Position numbers and translations under genes: made by a program. Shown piece by piece: positions 35,461 to 42,832 of a stretch of 64,000 nucleotides of DNA. The notes under the pieces are model-generated. The model was not told where the DNA came from, ran no database searches, and saw only the letters and a list, made by a program, of their open reading frames with translations. Every line of letters starts with the position of its first letter. Positions within the stretch are counted from its first letter, which is position 1. The DNA is from Minisyncoccota bacterium (GTDB lineage: Bacteria > Patescibacteriota > Minisyncoccia > Minisyncoccales > JAGOPM01), in contig JBAZJI010000001.1 of NCBI GenBank assembly GCA_041651395.1, forward strand, positions 315,920 to 379,919. Reading direction: 5' to 3'.

Positions 35461-35476
35461 TTATAATTTATTATAA
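35461..35476. promoter_or_regulatory. 7-2-7 palindrome overlapping the -10 of the znuA-like/ZIP operon (possible Fur/Zur-family box)
   Basis: TTATAAT-TT-ATTATAA ends 3 nt before the ATG at 35480. Confidence 0.3.
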
Positions 35477-35479
35477 GTT

Positions 35480-36268
35480 ATGCCTAAAAAGATTATTGTT
35501 TTGGTGGCCTTGGGGGTGATTTTGGCTATCTCCCTACCTTTTGCATACCAGAATTTTTTCTCGGCGAAAAATAAAAATGAGACGCCGTATCGTAGCGGCA
35601 ATCTAAAAGTTGTAGCTTCTATTTTCCCGGTAGCCGATATTGCCAAAAGCATAGGCGGGCGCAATGTCGAAGTTGTCACATTGGTGCCTTTGGGCATGGA
35701 TATCCATACTTATGAGCCGACGGCCGAAGATGTTAATAAAATATCAGGAGCCGATATCTTTATTTATGCGGGCCGCGGCGCTGATGCGTGGGCTCGAAAA
35801 TTCGTGGAGGAAAACCCTAATGCTAAATTAGTTTACCTTGATGCTTCCCAGGGAGAAGAAAAAGTCCCCACTCTTGTTGGTAGCGACGGCCAAGGTCATT
35901 ATTGGCTTTATCCGGAAAGTTTGGCGGCCGTAGCGCAAAATATCGGGAATGTTTTTTCAAAAATAGATCCGGATAATAAGGAGTATTATAAAAAAAATAC
36001 TCAGGTTGTCTGCGAGGATTATCAACAATTAGTCCGCCAATACGAAATTTTGAAAAGCTGCCCTAAAAAGGAAGTAAAATATGCAGGGCATTTCGCTTTT
36101 GGCTGGCTAGCCAGTGCATACAAACTACGATTCAGGGAGGGTAAGCCCGCCGTGGCGCTTTTTGATGCCGAGAATCCCGACAAGGCCCAACGTGACGCTA
36201 ATATTACGCTTTTGGAATTTTTGAATATGAATTTGTCAAATCTGAAAACCGCATTAGAATGTAAATAA
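35480..36268 (+). CDS. ZnuA/TroA-like metal-binding protein, short form
   Basis: 262 aa with an N-terminal anchor. Metal-ligand blocks DIHTYEP, GHYWLYP and AGHFAFGW are present. The C-terminal lobe looks shorter than in typical ZnuA. Confidence 0.68.
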   Translation: MPKKIIVLVALGVILAISLPFAYQNFFSAKNKNETPYRSGNLKVVASIFPVADIAKSIGGRNVEVVTLVPLGMDIHTYEPTAEDVNKISGADIFIYAGRGADAWARKFVEENPNAKLVYLDASQGEEKVPTLVGSDGQGHYWLYPESLAAVAQNIGNVFSKIDPDNKEYYKKNTQVVCEDYQQLVRQYEILKSCPKKEVKYAGHFAFGWLASAYKLRFREGKPAVALFDAENPDKAQRDANITLLEFLNMNLSNLKTALECK

Positions 36269-36269
36269 T

Positions 36270-37010
36270 ATGTCACTCTTATTACTGATTGTTTTAAGCA
36301 CGCTCTTTATCGGTTTAGCCGCCTTTGCCGGTCTTTTGGGCTTGGCTATGCAGCCAGAACGGCTCAACCGGATAATATTGTATTTGGTGAGCTTTTCCGT
36401 TGGCGCCCTTATGGGTGACGCCTTTATTCACATTATTCCTGAAGCATTTGAGGAAATGGGCTTTGGGATGCAGGTGCCGATTTTAATACTTTGTGGTTAT
36501 TTGTTGTTTTTTGTTTTAGAAAAATTTTTACTTTGGCGCCACTGCCATGATAACGATTGTCAGGGCCATATTAAGCCCTTGGCTACTTTGAGCATTGTTG
36601 GCGATGCAATACATAATGTTATAGATGGGATGTTTATTGCCTCGAGTTTTTTGATTTCTATTCCTTTAGGCATCTCTACAACATTGGCGGTTTTTTTGCA
36701 CGAAATTCCCCATGAATTGGGTAATTTTGCAATTTTAGTCCATGCGGGGCTAAAGCGGAAAAAAGCTATAATTTATAATTTTGCGACCGGTATCGCATCT
36801 GTTCTGGGGGCTATTGCCACTTATTATATCGGGTTAAGATTTTCCGGATTTTCTATCATGCTTTTGCCCGTAACGGCCGGCGGGTTTTTGTATGTAGCCG
36901 GTTCTGATTTGATACCAGAGTTGCATCACGAAAATAATTTGCATCGTAGTATCAAACAACTAGTGTGTATTTTGTTGGGAATTTTGATTATGAGTATAAT
37001 AGGGAAGTAA
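36270..37010 (+). CDS. zupT: ZIP-family divalent metal transporter
   Basis: 246 aa, polytopic. It has the HEIPHELGNFAILV signature, a His-rich loop and HxxD motifs. Confidence 0.85.
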   Translation: MSLLLLIVLSTLFIGLAAFAGLLGLAMQPERLNRIILYLVSFSVGALMGDAFIHIIPEAFEEMGFGMQVPILILCGYLLFFVLEKFLLWRHCHDNDCQGHIKPLATLSIVGDAIHNVIDGMFIASSFLISIPLGISTTLAVFLHEIPHELGNFAILVHAGLKRKKAIIYNFATGIASVLGAIATYYIGLRFSGFSIMLLPVTAGGFLYVAGSDLIPELHHENNLHRSIKQLVCILLGILIMSIIGK

Positions 37011-37017
37011 AACGAAC

Positions 37018-37797
37018 ATGGGAAATATAATCGAAGTAAAAAATCTCGTTAAAAAGTTCAAGGATGTGGTTGCGGTGGATGATATCTCTTTGGACGTGCA
37101 GAAAGGGGATGTATTCGCCTTGCTTGGCCCCAATGGCGCCGGAAAAACGACCACCATTAGAATGCTGACGACTTTATTGCGTCCGACCAGCGGACAAATT
37201 TTTGTTGACGGCCACGACGCCTTGCAGAAACAGGACGACGTTCGCTGTGATTTCGGAATTGTCTTTCAGGATCCGAGTGTGGACGAAAGCCTTACTGCCT
37301 ACGAAAATCTGGAATTCCATGGAATGATTTATGGAATTGCGCGAAAAGTTCGCGAGGAGCGTATTAAGGAAATGCTGAATCTTGTCGAATTGTACGAAAA
37401 GCGCAATAAGTTGGTTAAGGAGTTTTCCGGCGGCATGAAGCGTCGTTTGGAAATTGCCAGAGGCTTAGTTCATCATCCGAAAATATTTTTTCTCGATGAG
37501 CCAACTTTAGGCCTTGATCCCCAGACCCGCAATAAAATTTGGGAATATCTGCAATATCTAAACAAGACAGAAGGGACGACGATATTTTTTACTACCCATT
37601 ATATGGAGGAAGTAGAAAAATTTGCCCACCATACGGCTATTGTGGATAAAGGGAAGATAATCGCCAAGGGTACCGTGGAAGAAGTAGAACGGCAGGCTAA
37701 TGCTCCCAGACTCGAAGAGGCATTCTTAAATTTAACCGGGCGCAACATCCGCGAAGAGTCTTTCAACGGAAAATTCCGCGGCCATGGGCATCATTAA
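37018..37797 (+). CDS. ABC transporter ATP-binding protein (ABC-2/DrrA-like)
   Basis: Walker A GPNGAGKTT, signature FSGGMKRR, Walker B IFFLDEPT. Confidence 0.88.
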   Translation: MGNIIEVKNLVKKFKDVVAVDDISLDVQKGDVFALLGPNGAGKTTTIRMLTTLLRPTSGQIFVDGHDALQKQDDVRCDFGIVFQDPSVDESLTAYENLEFHGMIYGIARKVREERIKEMLNLVELYEKRNKLVKEFSGGMKRRLEIARGLVHHPKIFFLDEPTLGLDPQTRNKIWEYLQYLNKTEGTTIFFTTHYMEEVEKFAHHTAIVDKGKIIAKGTVEEVERQANAPRLEEAFLNLTGRNIREESFNGKFRGHGHH

Positions 37798-37805
37798 TAA
37801 ATATC

Positions 37806-38558
37806 ATGTTCACAGCAATTTATATTCTTTGGTATAGGCAAATTATAAAATATTTTCGCTCCCCGGTTCGCCTTGTCGGTTCTTTGGGCCAACCAATTTT
37901 ATTTATGATCGCCTTCGGTTTTGGGCTTAATCGGATGTATCAGGGGTCGGGCGGCCAAGGTACCTATTTGCAGTTTATCGCCCCCGGTATAATGGCCATG
38001 TCGGTAATTTTTATGGCCTTCTTTTCCGGAGTGGAAGTGATTTGGGACAGGAAATTTGGCTTTTTGCGCGAAACCTTGGTGGCACCGGTTCCACGGTTTG
38101 CTATTGTGTTGGGCAAGGTTTTAGGCGGTTCGACTATTGCCGTTTTTCAGGGTATTGTGGTATTTTTGGTTTCTTTAGCTTTTGGTTTCCGGCCAGAGAA
38201 TTGGCTGATGGTGCCATTCGGCTTTTTTTATCTTTTTCTTATTGCATTTTTTTGTTCGGCCTTGGGAATTCTAATAGCTTGCAATATGGACGACGGCGAA
38301 GCTTTCCCCGTTATCATGAATTTTGTCGTGATGCCTTTGTATTTTCTTTCCGGCGCATTTTTTTCCGTCAAAGATAGCCCGGATTTTCTCAGAAATATAA
38401 TTAGCTTCAATCCGATTGCCTATGGAGTTGATGGCGCGCGCGGCGCCATGATGAATAATGGTTATTTCGGTTTTGGTACTGATGCCCTCGTGCTTATCGT
38501 TTGTGGTTTGGCGCTTTTGGCGCTTGGTAATTATTTTTTTGCAAAAATTGAAGTCTGA
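37806..38558 (+). CDS. ABC-2 type transporter permease
   Basis: 250 aa with six predicted TM helices, directly downstream of the ATPase gene. Confidence 0.8.
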   Translation: MFTAIYILWYRQIIKYFRSPVRLVGSLGQPILFMIAFGFGLNRMYQGSGGQGTYLQFIAPGIMAMSVIFMAFFSGVEVIWDRKFGFLRETLVAPVPRFAIVLGKVLGGSTIAVFQGIVVFLVSLAFGFRPENWLMVPFGFFYLFLIAFFCSALGILIACNMDDGEAFPVIMNFVVMPLYFLSGAFFSVKDSPDFLRNIISFNPIAYGVDGARGAMMNNGYFGFGTDALVLIVCGLALLALGNYFFAKIEV

Positions 38559-38565
38559 TTTTTAC

Positions 38566-39630
38566 ATGTTTGCCAAAGAATTGTTCAAAATTACGTTGGT
38601 AATAATTTTGTTTGCAGCCGGCTTATTTGTCTGCGGGCAGCTTGGCTGGGAAATTGGCGAGCTTGCAGGCAATATTGCTCAGCCTTTGGCGATTCCCGTA
38701 TTTTTTAAGGCAAAATTGCCTGAAAAACCAGTTCAGATTTTTATCGTTGGAGATATTATGCTTGACCGGGGCGTGGAGAAAAAAATCAAGAAAAGCGGGG
38801 ACTGGGGATACCCTTTCGCAAAAATCAAGGATTTGTTTTCCGGTTTTAATTATGGGGTGGCTAATTTGGAAGGGCCGGTTTTAAGCCAGCCTCCGGATAC
38901 CGGGGCTGCCTCTATGAGTTTTGCTTTTGCCAGTTCCTCAATTATTGGCTTAAAAGAGGCGGGGATAAATTTGGTTTCTTTAGCCAATAATCATACTGAC
39001 AATATGGGCTATAGCGGTTTGGACGAGACGCGTCTTTTGCTCTCCAGGCAGGATTTAGTGGGTTTTGGGCATCCCTACGGCTGTACTACCAGCGATGCTT
39101 ACGCTAGTGGCAGTTTAATATTTTTTGCTTTCAATGATATATTTCCGGGAAATTGCACAAGCGGACAACTTGCGGCTATAATTTCAACTTTGCGTCAAGA
39201 AAATGCTACTTCCGTAATAATGGTTATGCCCCATTGGGGCGAGGAATATTCGCTTTATAGTAATGCCCGTCAAAAAGATTTAGCCCATACTCTAGTTGAG
39301 GCGGGTGCGGACTTGGTAATCGGGGGCCATCCGCATGTGGTGCAGGAAATCGAACAATATCAGGGAAAACTTATATTTTATTCTTTGGGCAATTTTGTTT
39401 TTGATCAATATTTTTCTAAAAATACTCAACAAGGATTGGGTTTAGGGCTTTCAATTTCTGCTAATACCAGCAGCCTCACTCTTTGGCCGCTTGATCTTTC
39501 TTTAAGCCAGCCTAAATTAATGGATACAACTTCTTCGGCTGCATTTTTACAATCTTTGAGTAAGAGATCGAGCCCAGAATTATCCGAGGCGATAAAAAAA
39601 TGTTATATTGAAATCGAACATAAACCATAA
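38566..39630 (+). CDS. CapA/PgsA-family metallophosphatase-like protein
   Basis: I use ATG 38566; the track start at 38458 overlaps the permease gene. N-terminal anchor, then GDIMLDRG, ANLEGP, ANNHTDN, PHWGEEY, GGHPHV and GNFVFD. Confidence 0.8.
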   Translation: MFAKELFKITLVIILFAAGLFVCGQLGWEIGELAGNIAQPLAIPVFFKAKLPEKPVQIFIVGDIMLDRGVEKKIKKSGDWGYPFAKIKDLFSGFNYGVANLEGPVLSQPPDTGAASMSFAFASSSIIGLKEAGINLVSLANNHTDNMGYSGLDETRLLLSRQDLVGFGHPYGCTTSDAYASGSLIFFAFNDIFPGNCTSGQLAAIISTLRQENATSVIMVMPHWGEEYSLYSNARQKDLAHTLVEAGADLVIGGHPHVVQEIEQYQGKLIFYSLGNFVFDQYFSKNTQQGLGLGLSISANTSSLTLWPLDLSLSQPKLMDTTSSAAFLQSLSKRSSPELSEAIKKCYIEIEHKP

Positions 39631-39636
39631 GGGGCC

Positions 39637-41829
39637 ATGAAATTAAAAGGTTTACTATTTGCGGCATTATTTATTTTATTCGGGGCAAATTGTTATGCGG
39701 CGCAAGACGATTCTGCGCGCATAAATAATTTGAACTTTCAAACAAGAGGAAGCGGGATACAAATTTCCGGCCAAGTTCAAAATTCCTCTGCTCAGGATTT
39801 GCTGCTTAAAATTTATTTTTCTAATGGGAGCGAGTCGCTAACGGCAGCTACTTTGCCCAAAGCCGATAATGGACAACTTAATGTTTTTGTCAATAATTTT
39901 TTACCCCCGAAGGGCTATTTGATAAATTACAGTTTTATTCCCAAGGGAGAGGCGGGCAAAATTTCCAATGAAAGCGTCCCGGATACCAAGCCGCGGGTTT
40001 TTGTTGACTCGACATCGATTGTCAATGAAACAACTATGGAATTTGCCCTGCGTCTGAAGAATTTTCCTGATGCCCCGATAAAGGCTAAAATATTTTGGAA
40101 GAAAAAAGATTCAAAAGAAGCCTGGAAGGGATCGCCGGAGGGTGTTATCGATAATAATTTATTCGAAAGGTTTTGGCTTAGTGCAAAAAATTTAGAGGGT
40201 AATGTCGATTATATTTTTAGGCTCGAAGTGAAAAGCCCGACAGTCTCTCTCTCCAAAGAAAGCGAAATAGTCACAATTAATGGCAAAAAAATTGCTCGGG
40301 AAAAAACCGGGTGGCGGGTTTTCAAAATCAGCCGCAAGCCTAAGCTGATGACTCATAGTGTTAAGATGGACAAGTCAAAAATGCCTTGGAAAATTTCTGT
40401 TTTGGCGGGCATAGTGCCTCTGAATATTGATTTTACTGGTTGGTTCAAAATTATCGAACAAGCTAAAGGCGGCAACATTGAATATACGAGCTTGCCGGTT
40501 AAATATAAAAAAAGCCAGTCGAGCTATTCGGCTATTCTGTCGTTAGTGGGGCAAGCTTTAGTTTCAAATAATAAGAAGGTTTTTTATAATTTTAAGCCCG
40601 GGACAAAATATCAAGCTGTGGCTTATGCGCAAAATGCTGCCGGGATAGTGCGGGCCAAAGAAGTGCTTAATTTTGCCATTGATAAAACCGTGCCGGCGCT
40701 TGTTACGGCTTTGCCCGTTAGCCATTTAACTCCCAAATCTGCAGTTCTGCGCGCTCGGGTGGAATATTTTGGTGCCCCGCAGGGCCGAGCGGGATTTAAG
40801 ATCTGGAAGAAGGGCCAAAAACCACCTTATGTTTTTAATCCGCAAAAAGAATTGGCTGCAACGGTCAGCGAAAAAAGCAATTTTGAGCTCCTTTCCTCTC
40901 TAGAAAAAAATACGCAGTATTGTTATTTTCCATGGGCACAAAGTAGCGCCCAGGGCAAGGCGTATTCTACGGGCAGCACTGTTTGCTTTACAACGCCTAA
41001 TTCTGATTATTTGCAAGTTCCGTTTTATTCACAAAATGACCAAAGGTGGGCTAATTGTTCTTGGAATGAATGTAATTCTGGGGCGGTTTTTTGGAAATCT
41101 GGCTGCGGCGAAACCGCCTTGGCTCAAATTGTCTCTTATTGGTATGAACTGAACCCTAAAGTCAAAGAAAATTGGGATAAAGAATTTGTTAAAGTTTTGC
41201 AATACTATAAAACTAAAGACCAAAATATTTATCGACGCATGCTTGTCGTACAAAACGGGGAAAAGGGAGTGAAGGCCGCGGGCAAGAGCCCTAATCCTTA
41301 TTTTCTTAATAAATTGATGCGGATGTATGGGGCAGAGACCTGCGATTGGAATGAAAAACTCTCCGAAGTTTTAAGTATTTTGAATTTGCGGATATATCGC
41401 TTGACAAGTAACGATAAAAATTCCGTTAATTCCAAATTTATTAACCAAGGCATTCCGCTATTGTCGCGCTGTTCTCCCAGTTGGATAACCGGCACCTTGC
41501 CCGGGCATTACGGGACTATTACTGGTTTTTTTGGCAGCAAAACCTATGTAAATCAATACGGCCAGGAATATTTTGACCAAATGTATATCAATGATCCTGG
41601 GAAAAAAGCTGAGGAAGAAAATGATACTAACCCCGTAAAGAGAGGAAAGGCCCAGATGCTTTCTATAAGCCAAGAAACCCATTTTGCAGAATGTGGTTAC
41701 CAATATCGCAATGATAAGAGTGCATGGGAAACTCTAGAAGGCGCGACTGCGGTTTTTCCGGGCGATTACCCCACTACAAATTATTTGCCGCGGGAATTCG
41801 ACAAAGGAACTTATCAGGGTAATATATGA
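39637..41829 (+). CDS. Secreted FN3-like repeat protein with C-terminal Peptidase_C39_2-like cysteine peptidase domain
   Basis: 730 aa with a signal peptide. FN3-like strand motifs include KYQAVAYAQNAAGIVRA and QYCYFPWAQSSAQGKAYS. The C-terminus reads VPFYSQNDQRW..SGCGETALAQIVSYWY..PGHYGTITG..YINDPG. Confidence 0.62.
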   Translation: MKLKGLLFAALFILFGANCYAAQDDSARINNLNFQTRGSGIQISGQVQNSSAQDLLLKIYFSNGSESLTAATLPKADNGQLNVFVNNFLPPKGYLINYSFIPKGEAGKISNESVPDTKPRVFVDSTSIVNETTMEFALRLKNFPDAPIKAKIFWKKKDSKEAWKGSPEGVIDNNLFERFWLSAKNLEGNVDYIFRLEVKSPTVSLSKESEIVTINGKKIAREKTGWRVFKISRKPKLMTHSVKMDKSKMPWKISVLAGIVPLNIDFTGWFKIIEQAKGGNIEYTSLPVKYKKSQSSYSAILSLVGQALVSNNKKVFYNFKPGTKYQAVAYAQNAAGIVRAKEVLNFAIDKTVPALVTALPVSHLTPKSAVLRARVEYFGAPQGRAGFKIWKKGQKPPYVFNPQKELAATVSEKSNFELLSSLEKNTQYCYFPWAQSSAQGKAYSTGSTVCFTTPNSDYLQVPFYSQNDQRWANCSWNECNSGAVFWKSGCGETALAQIVSYWYELNPKVKENWDKEFVKVLQYYKTKDQNIYRRMLVVQNGEKGVKAAGKSPNPYFLNKLMRMYGAETCDWNEKLSEVLSILNLRIYRLTSNDKNSVNSKFINQGIPLLSRCSPSWITGTLPGHYGTITGFFGSKTYVNQYGQEYFDQMYINDPGKKAEEENDTNPVKRGKAQMLSISQETHFAECGYQYRNDKSAWETLEGATAVFPGDYPTTNYLPREFDKGTYQGNI

Positions 41830-42527
41830 AAATCCATCGTTTTTATTGCCAGTTCGAGGAGAAAAATAATAAGATTAAAATTAGCGACAAGGGGCAAATA
41901 AGGCAGTTGCGAAATGTTTTGCGCTTGGCTGCCGGGGATAAGGTGATTGTGTTCAGTAATAATGGAGCTGATTACCTCTGCGAGATTGCCTCTCTTTCCG
42001 GCGATGGTTGTGAACTATCGATTTTAGAGATCCAAGAAGCAAAACAAAATATTTTGCCAAGAATTTGGCTGTTTTGTTCGGTCTTAAAAAAAGAGAATTT
42101 TGAATTAGTTGTGCAAAAGGCTACCGAGTTGGGCGTGTCGCGCATTATTCCGATAATTTGCGAGCGGACGGTTAAGACCGGCCTAAATCAGGAAAGGTTG
42201 GAAAAAATTGCCCTTGAAGCCATCGAGCAGTCTGGGCAAAATTCTTTGCCGCAAATTGACGAGCCGACAGATTTGCAAGCCGCTCTCAGCCTTGCGGCGG
42301 CTTGCGAGCTGAATATTTTACTCAATATGGCCAGTGAGAAGATTAAGCAAGTTTGTTTAGATGCCAAACAACTCTCCATATTTGTCGGCCCGGAAGGCGG
42401 TTGGACCGAATCAGAGGTTGAAAAAATGAAACACGCCGGATTTATTGAAGCGGCCATTGCCCCCAGCACGCTTAGAGCAGAAACCGCCGCTATCGCCGGC
42501 CTTGGGGCAGTAGTCAGCCGATTTTAG
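41826..42527 (+). CDS. rsmE: 16S rRNA (uracil1498-N3)-methyltransferase
   Basis: 233 aa. The N-terminus HRFY...QLRNVLRL..GD fits a PUA-like domain and the C-terminus VGPEGGW..E fits the SPOUT knot motif. ATGA overlap with the upstream gene. Confidence 0.85.
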   Translation: MKIHRFYCQFEEKNNKIKISDKGQIRQLRNVLRLAAGDKVIVFSNNGADYLCEIASLSGDGCELSILEIQEAKQNILPRIWLFCSVLKKENFELVVQKATELGVSRIIPIICERTVKTGLNQERLEKIALEAIEQSGQNSLPQIDEPTDLQAALSLAAACELNILLNMASEKIKQVCLDAKQLSIFVGPEGGWTESEVEKMKHAGFIEAAIAPSTLRAETAAIAGLGAVVSRF

Positions 42528-42579
42528 CCTGTGGAAATCCTCTTTTTGTTTAACATCGGTTTCATTTATAATTTAGTTA

Positions 42580-42816
42580 ATGTTGCAAACTACATATATC
42601 AGCGGCTACACCGTTAAATATGAAGACGGTGAGGCTAATATATTTGATGCGATTAATTACTTATCCAGCGATTTGAGCCAAGAGGAAGCCGCGGTTTTTT
42701 TCGACCAAGCCAAAGTAAAGGGCTCGGCCGCTTTTGAAACCGATACCGAAGGGCAATATACGCTCTCATATAATGCCGACAATACTTATAATTTATTAAA
42801 AAGGGATTTTGATTAA
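42580..42816 (+). CDS. Small hypothetical protein
   Basis: 78 aa. TATAAT lies 7 nt upstream of the ATG, a leaderless-type start. No family recognised. Confidence 0.4.
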   Translation: MLQTTYISGYTVKYEDGEANIFDAINYLSSDLSQEEAAVFFDQAKVKGSAAFETDTEGQYTLSYNADNTYNLLKRDFD

Positions 42817-42832
42817 TTCATAAAAATAAAAT

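Noticed and set aside
38458-38565. The upstream extension of the CapA-like ORF, and likewise the extensions at 57094-57204, 13368-13448, 11130-11186 and 4966-4986.
   Set aside because: These extensions overlap the preceding gene or run through promoter or terminator sequence. The internal ATG/GTG starts give proper signal peptides or sit at the correct distance from an SD.
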